Assembly (NCBI GenBank): GCA_964565215.1
Contig: CAZMCO010000001.1
Location: forward strand, 2,025 to 66,024
DNA: 64,000 bases
Source of the DNA: an uncultured Candidatus Saccharibacteria bacterium
Lineage (GTDB): Bacteria; Patescibacteriota; Minisyncoccia; Portnoybacterales; UBA2143
Direction of reading: 5' to 3'
The position numbers and the translations under genes were made by a program. Below are positions 17,861 through 27,541 of this stretch, piece after piece (positions within the stretch are counted from its first letter, which is position 1; each line of letters begins with the position of its first letter). The notes beneath the pieces are model-generated. The model was not told where the DNA came from. It saw only the letters and a program-made list of their open reading frames with translations, and made no database searches.

Positions 17861-19183
17861 ATGAAGCTGCATTTTTATGGCGGGGCCAGATGGGTGACTG
17901 GCGTTAATTATTTATTAGAGACCAAACAAGCCAAGATCTTAATTGATTGTGGCTTGTTTCAAGGTGGTCGGGATGCTCGTAAAATGAACCGACAGAAATT
18001 TCCCTATCAGCCGAGTCAAATTGAAGCAGTTTTGATTACCCACTCTCATATTGACCATATTGGTCGGTTACCTCGTTTAGTTAAAGAAGGATTTAGAGGT
18101 AAAATTCTGGCTACTCGACCAACCAAGGATTTTACCCAAGCAATGCTTTTTGACGCTGAAAAAATTGGTGAATCTATTTACAGTAAATCAGATGTAGAAA
18201 AAACCTTGGAACTTTTTCAAGGGATAGATTATGGTAAAAAGATTAAATTAAATGAGGAAATTTCTTTTTGTTTTCGAGAGGCCGGTCATATTTTAGGTTC
18301 AGCTATTATTGAGATTTGGGCTGAGGGTCAAAAGATAGTTTTTTCAGGAGACTTAGGTAATCCGCCAGTGCCTCTTTTACGGCCGACTGAATTTATCCAA
18401 GAAGCAGATTATGTAGTAGTTGAGTCAACTTACGGCGACCGTCTTCACGAGACCAAAGAACAACGAAAAGATTTATTAGAGGATGTTATTGAAGATACAG
18501 TTACTCAAGGAGGTACTCTGCTTATTCCTAGTTTTGCTTTAGAAAGAACCCAAGAAGTTCTTTATGAATTGAATGAATTAATAGAGAATCATCGGATTCC
18601 CCGAATACCTATTTTTGTTGATAGCCCATTAGCCATTAAATTGACTAAAATTTATCAGAAATACCATGATTATTTTAACCAAAAAGCAGTTTATTTGATT
18701 AAGTCAGGTGATGACCTTTTTAAATTTCCTGGTCTAAAAATGACCCAGACAGTTGAAGAGTCTAAAAAAATTAAACAAGTCAATCCGCCCAAGATTATTA
18801 TTGCTGGTTCAGGTATGTCTACTGGCGGTCGGATTTTACATCATCATAAACAATATTTGGCTGATCCTAAAAATACACTTTTAATTATCTGTTATCAGGT
18901 GCCAGGTACTCTTGGCCGGAAAATTTTATCTGGAGTTAAAACCGTCAAAATACTTGGTCAAGAGATTCCAAATAAAATACAAGTTAGAGCCATCGGTGGT
19001 TATTCAGCTCACGCTGACCAGGAAATGCTTTGTCTTTGGGTTAAACCAATGAAAGATACCCTTAAAAAAGTTTTTGTCGTTCAAGGCGAAGAAAAATCAG
19101 CTTTGGCCTTAGTTCAACATATTAAAGACCATTTAGGTCTGCCAGCTGAGGCGCCGGAAATGAACCAAGTGGTTGAATTATAA
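17861..19183 (+). CDS. MBL-fold beta-CASP RNA-metabolising hydrolase
   Basis: HSHIDHIG metallo-beta-lactamase motif plus beta-CASP motifs; 440 aa. Confidence 0.8.
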   Translation: MKLHFYGGARWVTGVNYLLETKQAKILIDCGLFQGGRDARKMNRQKFPYQPSQIEAVLITHSHIDHIGRLPRLVKEGFRGKILATRPTKDFTQAMLFDAEKIGESIYSKSDVEKTLELFQGIDYGKKIKLNEEISFCFREAGHILGSAIIEIWAEGQKIVFSGDLGNPPVPLLRPTEFIQEADYVVVESTYGDRLHETKEQRKDLLEDVIEDTVTQGGTLLIPSFALERTQEVLYELNELIENHRIPRIPIFVDSPLAIKLTKIYQKYHDYFNQKAVYLIKSGDDLFKFPGLKMTQTVEESKKIKQVNPPKIIIAGSGMSTGGRILHHHKQYLADPKNTLLIICYQVPGTLGRKILSGVKTVKILGQEIPNKIQVRAIGGYSAHADQEMLCLWVKPMKDTLKKVFVVQGEEKSALALVQHIKDHLGLPAEAPEMNQVVEL

Positions 19184-19221
19184 TTTTGACAAAAGCCGGA
19201 AAAAATAGTAAGCTAAAGTAA

Positions 19222-19785
19222 ATGGAAAAGAAAACCTATTTGAAATACAAAATTTGTGTTTCTGGAGCAGCTGCGACCAGTCATTGTCCTAAAGGAGCTT
19301 TAGAATTAGCTAAGGAAATTGGTCGTCAAATTGTCAAACATAATGGTATTTTAGTTACTGGAGCGACTACTGGTATTCCTTATTGGGCCGCTATCGGAGC
19401 TAAAGAAGAAAAAGGGATAGTTATTGGACTTTCGCCAGCGGCTTCGGAAAAGTCCCATCTTAGGAAATATCGTCTACCAGCTGATTTCCATGACTTAATT
19501 ATTTATACTGGATTTGAGTATGCTGGCCGCAATTTGCTTTTAACTCGTTCTTCGGATGCGGTCATCATTATCTGTGGTCGGATGGGCACTTTAAATGAAT
19601 TTAGTATTGCCTTTGAAGATAAGAAGCCAATTGGCATTTTGATTGGCAGTGGTGGGACAGCTGATATGGTTAAAGGGATTGTTGAAAGCTCCCATCGGGG
19701 GCCTGGTAAAATTATTTACGAGGCTGATCCTAAAAAATTGGTTGAGAAATTAATTAAATTGATTGACCAGGAAAAAAGGAGGTGA
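19222..19785 (+). CDS. LOG/TIGR00725-family Rossmann-fold nucleotide-binding protein
   Basis: GxGxxG-like pattern in the SLOG family. Its stop overlaps the rpsU start. Confidence 0.55.
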   Translation: MEKKTYLKYKICVSGAAATSHCPKGALELAKEIGRQIVKHNGILVTGATTGIPYWAAIGAKEEKGIVIGLSPAASEKSHLRKYRLPADFHDLIIYTGFEYAGRNLLLTRSSDAVIIICGRMGTLNEFSIAFEDKKPIGILIGSGGTADMVKGIVESSHRGPGKIIYEADPKKLVEKLIKLIDQEKRR

Positions 19786-20033
19786 ACTATGTGGGCATTG
19801 AAGTTAAAAAAAGAGAGCGAGAAAATCCTCGCAGTTTATTAAGACGCTTTAGCCGAAGAATTCAACAAAGCGGCATTTTAATTCGGGCTCGTAAAGCCAG
19901 ATTTCGCGAAAGAGAAAAGACCAAAAGAGAACGTCGAGATAGTGCCCTAAGACGAGTCCGCATTAGCCGAGAGAAAGAAAAATTAAGAAAAATGGGACTT
20001 TTAGAAGAAGAACCAAAATGGAAGAGAAGATAA
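19782..20033 (+). CDS. rpsU: ribosomal protein S21
   Basis: Highly basic 83-aa protein; the LRRFSRR..G string matches the S21 family. Confidence 0.75.
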   Translation: MNYVGIEVKKRERENPRSLLRRFSRRIQQSGILIRARKARFREREKTKRERRDSALRRVRISREKEKLRKMGLLEEEPKWKRR

Positions 20034-20040
20034 TATAAAA

Positions 20041-20535
20041 ATGTCTCTTAAAGAAAGAATTCAAGCAGATATTAAAAAAGCCATGCCAGAAAAAGACCAA
20101 TTAAAGGTCTCTGTTTTGCGTATGCTGATGGCGGCTGTTTTTAATAAAGAAAAGGAGAAAAGAGCCAGGTTGAGCAAAAATGAAGAGATAGAAAAATTAG
20201 ATGAATTAAGTAAATTAACTGATGAAGAAATTATTGAGGTGATTTCTAGTGAAAGTAAAAAACGCCAGGACTCTATTGAACAATACGAGAAAGGCAATCG
20301 TCAGGACTTGGCTGACCAAGAGAAAAAAGAATTGGAAATTTTAATGAAATATTTGCCTGAACAAATGGCTGAGGAAGAAATTAGAAAATTAGTTAAAGAA
20401 AAGGTTGAAGAATTAGGGGCCAGTGGTTCTAAAGATATTGGTAAAGTCATGGGCGCCTTAATGCCTCAACTAAAAGGCAAAGCCGACGGAACTGCGGTTA
20501 ATAAAATTGTTCAGGAAGAATTGAAGAAAGAATGA
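20041..20535 (+). CDS. GatB/YqeY domain protein
   Basis: N-terminus L+ERI..D.K.AM+ plus the C-terminal YqeY helical domain. Confidence 0.8.
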   Translation: MSLKERIQADIKKAMPEKDQLKVSVLRMLMAAVFNKEKEKRARLSKNEEIEKLDELSKLTDEEIIEVISSESKKRQDSIEQYEKGNRQDLADQEKKELEILMKYLPEQMAEEEIRKLVKEKVEELGASGSKDIGKVMGALMPQLKGKADGTAVNKIVQEELKKE

Positions 20536-21029
20536 CCTTAGAGATTCATAATTTTACCCAGAATAAGATAAATGAGAAATTTTTTCAGAAAGTGGCGGAA
20601 ACTGTTTTGAAAATAGTTGGCCTAAAAGACAAAATAGAAATTAGTTTGGCTATTGTTGGTGATGGCCGGATGAGAAAATTAAATAAAATGTATCGAGGCA
20701 GAAATCGAGTGACTGACGTTTTAGCTTTTGCCAATAAGTCAGTTATTCCCTATTTAGCCAAGGCCTTTCCTCGTTTAAAAAAGGGGAAAGACATTGAATT
20801 TATTGAACCACTAGACAATGTCAAACGATTGGGTGAAGTGATTATTTGCTATCCGCGAGCCAAGAAACAGGCTAAACGATTAAAACATTCTTTAGGAAAA
20901 GAATTGACCATTTTATTAATTCATGGGATACTTCATTTATTGGGATACGAAGACGAGAAAAGCGAGAAGCAGGCAAAGGAGATGAGAGAGATGGAGAATA
21001 AAATATTAAAAAAAGTGAATTATGGCTAA
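20532..21029 (+). CDS. ybeY: rRNA maturation endoribonuclease YbeY
   Basis: HGILHLLGYEDE metal-binding motif. Confidence 0.85.
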   Translation: MTLEIHNFTQNKINEKFFQKVAETVLKIVGLKDKIEISLAIVGDGRMRKLNKMYRGRNRVTDVLAFANKSVIPYLAKAFPRLKKGKDIEFIEPLDNVKRLGEVIICYPRAKKQAKRLKHSLGKELTILLIHGILHLLGYEDEKSEKQAKEMREMENKILKKVNYG

Positions 21030-22263
21030 AGAAAGCATTATTGTTGGTTTAGATATTGGCAGTTGTTTTATTCGGACAGTGGTGGCCAAAATAAAGGCTG
21101 ATCAAACAAAGCCCCAGATTATTGGAGTTGGTCAAGTTCCTTCTTTCGGCTTACGTCGAGGAGTAGTCGTTGATATTGAAGAAGCGATTAAAAATATTAG
21201 TCAATCAATTCAAGAAGCTGAACGAAATAGTGGCTTATCTATTAACCGGGCTCATATTAGTTTAGGCGGTAATCATATTACCTCTAGGACGAGTAAGGGG
21301 GTAGTGGCTGTCTCACGGGCTGATGGCGAGATTGCTAAAGAGGATGTAGAACGGGCCATTAATGCTGCTTCAGCTATTTCTCTTTCGCCTAATAGAGAAA
21401 TTCTTCACATTATTCCTCGGTGTTTTATGGTTGACGATCAAGCTGGCATTAAAGAACCGGTTGGTATGAATGGGGTTAGATTAGAAGTAGACGCTTTAAT
21501 TATTGAAGGAGCCACCCCTTTTATTAAAAATTTAACCAAATGTATTTCTGAAGTTGGTTTAGAAGTAGAAGGATTAGTTTTAACTCCTTTGGCGGCTAGT
21601 CGAGCTGCCTTAACTAAACGCCAGAAAGAATTAGGCGTTTTGGCTTTAGATTTAGGTGGCGGCACTGTGGGCTTGACAGTTTTTGAAGAAGGCGATATCA
21701 TTCATAGTTGTATTTTACCTATTGGTTCTTCTCATATTACTAGTGATATTGCTATTGGCTTAAGGAGTACTATTGACTTAGCTGAAAAAGTTAAGTTGGA
21801 ATACGGTTCAGCTTTAGTTTCTGAAATTAGTAAAAAGGATACTATTGATTTATCTAAACTAGGCATAGAAGAAAAGGGAATTATTCCTCGAGTTCAGGTA
21901 GCCGAGATAATTGAAGCTCGGCTAAGTGAAACTTTTGAGTTAGTTGACAAAGAATTAAAAAAGATTAATCGACAAGGTCTGTTGCCGGCTGGGGTAGTTC
22001 TTTTAGGCGGTGGGGCCAAGATACCTAGTTTGGTTGACTTAGCTAAAGAAGAATTAAGACTGCCGGCTCAAGTAGGTTTCCCTTTAGAATTAGAGGGGAT
22101 TGTTGATGAGGTTGATGATCCAGCTTTTGCCACAGCTGTTGGATTGCTTTTTTGGGGTATAGACGAACGAGTTAAAAGTAACGGTCGTATTTCCTTGCCT
22201 CCAATTCCTATTGCTTCAACCGTTAACAAGATTAAAGGTTGGTTACGAGGTTTTTTGCCTTAG
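21022..22263 (+). CDS. ftsA: cell division protein FtsA
   Basis: Actin-like ATPase (DIGS..R, LGGGT) sitting directly upstream of ftsZ. Confidence 0.9.
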   Translation: MAKESIIVGLDIGSCFIRTVVAKIKADQTKPQIIGVGQVPSFGLRRGVVVDIEEAIKNISQSIQEAERNSGLSINRAHISLGGNHITSRTSKGVVAVSRADGEIAKEDVERAINAASAISLSPNREILHIIPRCFMVDDQAGIKEPVGMNGVRLEVDALIIEGATPFIKNLTKCISEVGLEVEGLVLTPLAASRAALTKRQKELGVLALDLGGGTVGLTVFEEGDIIHSCILPIGSSHITSDIAIGLRSTIDLAEKVKLEYGSALVSEISKKDTIDLSKLGIEEKGIIPRVQVAEIIEARLSETFELVDKELKKINRQGLLPAGVVLLGGGAKIPSLVDLAKEELRLPAQVGFPLELEGIVDEVDDPAFATAVGLLFWGIDERVKSNGRISLPPIPIASTVNKIKGWLRGFLP

Positions 22264-22334
22264 GGCTTGCATTATTTTATTAATTGTGTTAGTTTTATAA
22301 AATGAGGAGGGTTAATAATCTCCTCATTATAAAT

Positions 22335-23453
22335 ATGGCTCAGATAAAACCAGATGTAGAAATGTTTGCCAAAATTAAAGTGGTCGGCGTTGGCGGAAGC
22401 GGAGGGAATGCTATTTCTAGAATGATGGCCTGTAAAATTCACGGAGTAGATTTTGTTTCCATCAATACTGACGCTCAAGATCTACATCATGTTAATTCAT
22501 CAGAAAAACTCCATATCGGTAAAAACCTGACTAAAGGATTAGGCGCTGGTATGAATCCGGAGCTAGGTCGGCAAGCGGCTGAAGAAAACCGCGATGAAAT
22601 TCATCAAGTCGTTAAGGGAGCTGATATGGTTTTTATTACTTATGGTTTAGGCGGCGGCACTGGCACTGGCGCTGGTCCGATTATTGCTGAAGCAGCTAAG
22701 GACTCAGGGGCTTTAACTGTAGCTGTGGTGACTAAACCTTTTTCCTTTGAGGGTCTTCAGCGGATGCGGGTTGCCGATGACGGTTTGATTCAATTAAAGG
22801 ACAAACTTGATACTCTGATTACCATCCCTAATGACAAACTTCTGGCAGTGATTGACCAAAAAACTTCTTTACTAAATGCTTTTTCAGTAGTTGATGATGT
22901 TTTAAGACAAGCTGTTCAAGGTATTTCCGATTTAGTTGTTACTCCAGGAATAGTTAATGTTGATTTCGCTGATGTTAAGACGATTATGGAAGATACTGGT
23001 TCGGCTTTGATGGGAATTGGTCGAGCGACTGGCGAGGACCGGGCCATCGAAGCGGCTAAGGCAGCTATTAATTCGCCTTTACTGGAGATTTCTATTGATG
23101 GGGCTAAGGGCGTTCTCTTTAATGTTAGCGGTGGTTCTGATTTAGCCATGACTGAAATTAATGATGCGGCCAAAGTTATTGTTGAATCAGTTGATTCGGA
23201 AGCCAAGGTTATTTTCGGGGCAGTAGTTGATGATAAATTAAAGAAAGGCGAAATTAAAATCACTGTTATTGCTACTGGTTTTGATGAATCAACGCTCAGA
23301 ACAGCTGGCGAGCAAAAAATTCAAGATATTTCGCCAATAAACCAGATTGAAGAAAAAATTAAAAAGAAAACAACCTTCAAACCTAAAGAAACAACAGAAG
23401 AACCTGAAAGCGAATGGGATATTCCCGCCTTCATCAGAAGGAAGATGAAATAA
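22335..23453 (+). CDS. ftsZ: cell division GTPase FtsZ
   Basis: GGGTGTG tubulin signature. I chose the start at ATG 22335 (MAQIKPD...) because it gives a normal FtsZ N-terminal length. The ORF track begins at ATG 22302 instead. Confidence 0.9.
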   Translation: MAQIKPDVEMFAKIKVVGVGGSGGNAISRMMACKIHGVDFVSINTDAQDLHHVNSSEKLHIGKNLTKGLGAGMNPELGRQAAEENRDEIHQVVKGADMVFITYGLGGGTGTGAGPIIAEAAKDSGALTVAVVTKPFSFEGLQRMRVADDGLIQLKDKLDTLITIPNDKLLAVIDQKTSLLNAFSVVDDVLRQAVQGISDLVVTPGIVNVDFADVKTIMEDTGSALMGIGRATGEDRAIEAAKAAINSPLLEISIDGAKGVLFNVSGGSDLAMTEINDAAKVIVESVDSEAKVIFGAVVDDKLKKGEIKITVIATGFDESTLRTAGEQKIQDISPINQIEEKIKKKTTFKPKETTEEPESEWDIPAFIRRKMK

Positions 23454-23470
23454 AATAAGATTATTTTTAA

Positions 23471-23497
23471 AGAGCAGTCATTTGACTGCTTTTTTGA
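23471..23497 (+). terminator. rho-independent terminator after ftsZ
   Basis: agcagtca...tgactgct hairpin followed by T6. Confidence 0.65.
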
Positions 23498-23518
23498 ATT
23501 GGAGTAAAATAAGAAATT

Positions 23519-25714
23519 ATGACTCGAGTAAAACCAAAATTCAAACAAGTTAAAAAAAGAGACGGCCGGATTGTTGATTTTGACCAAAATAGAATTACCA
23601 AAGCTATTTTAGGGACTGGTCAGGCCACTGGAGAATTTAATTTGGAGGTTGCTAAAAAGATATCTGACCAGGTAGTTAAAAACCTAAATGGAGTTTTTGC
23701 TAAAAGGAAAAATATCCCAGGAGTAGAGAATATCCAAGATATTGTAGAAATGACTTTAATGAAAGAGGACTATATTGAATCAGCTAAGGCCTATATTATT
23801 TACCGTAAAGAACATCAAAAAATCAGACAAGAGAAAGAAAGGATTTTAAACGGGAGAAACACGCAACTTCCCTTGAGCTTGAATTCTTTAAAAATTTTAG
23901 CCGGTAGATATTTAAATAAAGATTCTAAAACCAGAGAAGTTATTGAAACTCCAGAGGAAATGTTAACAAGGGTATCTCAAGCCATAGCCAAAGTAGAAAA
24001 GAAATACGGCAAATCTGTTAAAGAAATTAAAAAGTGGCAAGATAAATTTTATCAACTAATGTCTAATTTCGAATTTTTACCAGCTGGCCGGACTTTGTCT
24101 AATGTTGGCACTCCTATTTCGGTCATCTCAAATTGTGTGGTTCTACATATTAAAGATAGTATGGATGATATTTTTGGGACTTTGCGTGATGCCACTCTCT
24201 TACAGCAAGCTGGTTCTGGCGTAGGGTTTCCCTTCCATCTCCTTAGGCCAGCCGGTTCTTTAACAAAGAGGACTCAAGGTGTAGCTTCTGGCCCAATTTC
24301 TTTTTTACAGGTCTATGATAAAGCCTTTGGAGTAATTAAACAGCAAGGGAGACACGGAGCAAATATGGCTGTCATGAGAGTAGACCATCCAGATATCTTA
24401 GATTTTATTCATGCCAAAGATAGAGAAGGCGAACTCTCTAATTTTAATATTTCCATTTCTTTAACAGATAATTTTATGAAAAAAGTAAAAGATAATTCTG
24501 AAGAACCATGGATTTGTCAATTTAATGGTAAGAAGATGCTGCCCAGAAGAATAATTAGAAATAAATATGGACATGTTTCTCAAATTCAAGATATTAAAAT
24601 TACTCCTGGAGAAGTTATGTCTGAAATTGCTAATAATGCTTGGATTAATGGAGAACCGGGAATAATCTTTATTGACCAAGTTAATAAGACTAATCCCTTG
24701 CCGGACTTAGGAAGAATTGAAGCATCTAATCCATGCGGCGAACAGTTTTTGCATGACGGAGATGTTTGCAACCTCGGCTCGGTAAATTTAGACAAATTTG
24801 TTGAAGATAAAAAAATTAAGTGGACCAGATTAAAAGAAGTAGTCGAACTGGCTACTCGGATGCTGGACAATGTTGTAGATCTTACTGAATTTTCTATAGA
24901 AAGAACAAATAATATGTTTAGGGAAAATAGAAGAATCGGTATAGGGATAATGGGCTTTGCTGATTTTCTTTTTCAATTAGAAATTCCCTATAATTCAGAA
25001 GAGGGATTTAAAATTGCCGAAGAAGTAATGAAGTTTATAAACGATACGGCTCATGCTACTTCTCAACAATTAGCTAAAGAGAAAGGAGTGTTTCCTAACT
25101 ATGGATTAAGCATCTGGAAAAAGAAAAAAATTAAAATGCGAAACGCGGCCCTTACCTGTATTGCTCCCACTGGGACTATCTCTATGATTCCAGAAGTTTC
25201 TTCTGGGGTGGAGCCTTATTTTGCTTTAGCTTACACTAAGCAGCAGATAATGGGAGAAGAGGAATTTTATTATGTCAATCATTATTTAGAAAAGAAACTT
25301 AGAGAGAAAGGATTATATTCCCCCAAAATAATTGATAAGATTTATAAAGCCGGCAGTATCCAAAATATAGAAGAGATCCCCAAAAATATTAGAAAAATTT
25401 TTGTCGGTTCAATGGATATTACTCCAAAAGATCACATTAAAATGGAAGTCGCTTTTCAGAAACATTTAGATAATAGTATTTCTAAAACTATTAATCTTCC
25501 TAATCAGACGACCAGATTTGATGTAGAAAAAGTAATTCAATTGGCTTGGCAATCAAAATGTAAAGCATTTACTGTTTACCGCAGTGGTTCCAGAGAAAAA
25601 GAAGTATTGACTACTAAGGGAAAAGAAATATCAAGCGATAATTGTCCTAATTGCGATTCTAAGCAAGAGAAAATTACTCCTCCTTCCTCTCTTTTAGGGG
25701 ATTCTACTAAATAG
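23519..25714 (+). CDS. nrdJ: class II adenosylcobalamin-dependent ribonucleotide reductase with N-terminal ATP-cone
   Basis: ATP-cone (VKKRDGRIVDFDQNRI) and the NPCGEQ active-site motif of B12-dependent RNR. Confidence 0.9.
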   Translation: MTRVKPKFKQVKKRDGRIVDFDQNRITKAILGTGQATGEFNLEVAKKISDQVVKNLNGVFAKRKNIPGVENIQDIVEMTLMKEDYIESAKAYIIYRKEHQKIRQEKERILNGRNTQLPLSLNSLKILAGRYLNKDSKTREVIETPEEMLTRVSQAIAKVEKKYGKSVKEIKKWQDKFYQLMSNFEFLPAGRTLSNVGTPISVISNCVVLHIKDSMDDIFGTLRDATLLQQAGSGVGFPFHLLRPAGSLTKRTQGVASGPISFLQVYDKAFGVIKQQGRHGANMAVMRVDHPDILDFIHAKDREGELSNFNISISLTDNFMKKVKDNSEEPWICQFNGKKMLPRRIIRNKYGHVSQIQDIKITPGEVMSEIANNAWINGEPGIIFIDQVNKTNPLPDLGRIEASNPCGEQFLHDGDVCNLGSVNLDKFVEDKKIKWTRLKEVVELATRMLDNVVDLTEFSIERTNNMFRENRRIGIGIMGFADFLFQLEIPYNSEEGFKIAEEVMKFINDTAHATSQQLAKEKGVFPNYGLSIWKKKKIKMRNAALTCIAPTGTISMIPEVSSGVEPYFALAYTKQQIMGEEEFYYVNHYLEKKLREKGLYSPKIIDKIYKAGSIQNIEEIPKNIRKIFVGSMDITPKDHIKMEVAFQKHLDNSISKTINLPNQTTRFDVEKVIQLAWQSKCKAFTVYRSGSREKEVLTTKGKEISSDNCPNCDSKQEKITPPSSLLGDSTK

Positions 25715-25715
25715 T

Positions 25716-26225
25716 ATGATTCAGGTTTATACTGGCAATGGCAAAGGGAAAACAACCGCCAGCTTAGGTTTGGCCTTACGAGCTGTTGGGGCGGGAAAAA
25801 AAGTTTTACTAATTCAGTTTTTGAAAGAAGGTCAAAGTTCAGAGATAAAAGCCATTAAAAAATATTTGCCTAATTTTGAGGTAAAAATTTTTGGTCAAAA
25901 AGGATTTTTAACCAAAGAAAAATTAAAGAAAAAAGATTTTAACCTTGCCCAGCAGGGTTTTGATTTTGCTCAGAAAGCTATTCAAACTAAAGCATATGAT
26001 TTAATTATTTTAGATGAAGTAAATGTAGCAGTTAGCTTAGGTCTGTTAAGAAGCGAGGAATTAATGAAACTTATTAAGCTAACTCCTTCAAAGATAGAAC
26101 TAATTTTAACTGGCCGTTCAGTCCCCAAAAGAATCATTCAAGTAGCTGATTTAGTCAGCCAGATAAAAGAAGTTAAACATTATTTCAAAAAGGGCCTCAA
26201 GGCTAGAAAAGGAATTGAGTATTAG
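25716..26225 (+). CDS. cob(I)alamin/corrinoid adenosyltransferase (CobO/BtuR type)
   Basis: P-loop GNGKGKTTA and 169 aa match the CobA/BtuR family. It lies 2 nt after nrdJ. Confidence 0.8.
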   Translation: MIQVYTGNGKGKTTASLGLALRAVGAGKKVLLIQFLKEGQSSEIKAIKKYLPNFEVKIFGQKGFLTKEKLKKKDFNLAQQGFDFAQKAIQTKAYDLIILDEVNVAVSLGLLRSEELMKLIKLTPSKIELILTGRSVPKRIIQVADLVSQIKEVKHYFKKGLKARKGIEY

Positions 26226-26230
26226 ATATA

Positions 26231-27541
26231 ATGACCAAGTCCAAGATTCTTCTTTGTTTTTGCCTGCTATTTATCATTGGTCTTATTATTTATTCTTTGG
26301 TTGAGAATCATCAACCATTTTTATTTGAACAAACGGACGAAAAGGTTATTTTAGAAGGGATAATAGTTAATGAGCCAGAGCAGAGAATTAACCAACAGAA
26401 ATTTGAATTTAAGACCAAAGAAATCCCGGGGAAAATTTTAGTCACCACTGAACTTTATCCCCAATATGATTATGGAGATAAATTAAAGATTAATGGAAAA
26501 TTAAGAGAACCATCCCAGTTTGAGGATTTTGATTATCGCCAATATTTAGCTAAAGATAATATTTATTCAGTAATTTATTCTCCCAAAGTTACCTTACTGG
26601 CTAAAAATCAAGCTAATTGGTTTTATCAAAGAATTTTTAATTTTAAAAATAAGTTAAGAAAAGTTATTGATAAAACACTCTTACCGCCTCAAAGCAGTAT
26701 TCTTAAAGCCATTTTCTTAGGCGATAAATGGGGACTTTCTAATAACTTAAAAGAAAAACTAAATATCACTGGCACCCGGCACATTGTCGCTATTTCTGGT
26801 ATGCATATGATTATTATGTCCCAAATTCTTCTTTTTCTGGCCTTAGCCATGGGTCTTTGGCGGGGTCAAGCTTTCTATTTTGTCCTTATTCTCTTAGTGA
26901 TTTATATTGTTATGATTGGCGCTCCCGCCTCGGCCGTCAGGGCTGGTCTGATGGCTGGCTTGCTTTTATTAGCTCAAAAAATCGGCCGCTTGCGCAGCGC
27001 TGACCGAGCGGTTGTTTTTGCCGCTACGGCTATGCTGGCGATTAATCCATCTCTTCTAAAAGCCGATGTTGGTTTTCAATTATCTTTTATGGCCACTCTA
27101 AGTATTATTTATCTCAAACCAATTTTAGATAAGAAAATTATTAAATGGCCAAATCCCTGGCGCTTAAAAGATATTTTAACCATGACTTTGGCGGCTCAAT
27201 TAGGTACTTTGCCGATTTTAATTTTCCATTTTGGCCGACTCTCCTTAATTTCGCCTTTAGCTAATTTGCTAATTGTTCCATTTTTGCCAGTGATAATGAT
27301 ATCTGGAATCATTTTGAGTTTTACTGGCTTAATTTGGCTGTCTTTAGCAAAAATCCTGGCCTGGCCAGTTTGGTTTTTATTAAGTTATCTGGTCAAGGTA
27401 ACAGATTATTTATCTTCTTTGCCTCTGGCCGCTTACGAATTTAAAAATATTTCCTTGATAGTTTTAATAATTTATTATTTGTTTTTATTCTTAGTTATTC
27501 TTAAATGCTCAAAAACAAAAAACTTACTTATTCAACCTTAG
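26231..27541 (+). CDS. comEC: ComEC/Rec2 competence channel, N-terminal part (DUF4131 + competence domain)
   Basis: Polytopic membrane protein with an OB-like DUF4131 N-terminus and the competence domain. It ends in an A-rich tract and overlaps the next ORF by 37 nt in another frame. Confidence 0.8.
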   Translation: MTKSKILLCFCLLFIIGLIIYSLVENHQPFLFEQTDEKVILEGIIVNEPEQRINQQKFEFKTKEIPGKILVTTELYPQYDYGDKLKINGKLREPSQFEDFDYRQYLAKDNIYSVIYSPKVTLLAKNQANWFYQRIFNFKNKLRKVIDKTLLPPQSSILKAIFLGDKWGLSNNLKEKLNITGTRHIVAISGMHMIIMSQILLFLALAMGLWRGQAFYFVLILLVIYIVMIGAPASAVRAGLMAGLLLLAQKIGRLRSADRAVVFAATAMLAINPSLLKADVGFQLSFMATLSIIYLKPILDKKIIKWPNPWRLKDILTMTLAAQLGTLPILIFHFGRLSLISPLANLLIVPFLPVIMISGIILSFTGLIWLSLAKILAWPVWFLLSYLVKVTDYLSSLPLAAYEFKNISLIVLIIYYLFLFLVILKCSKTKNLLIQP

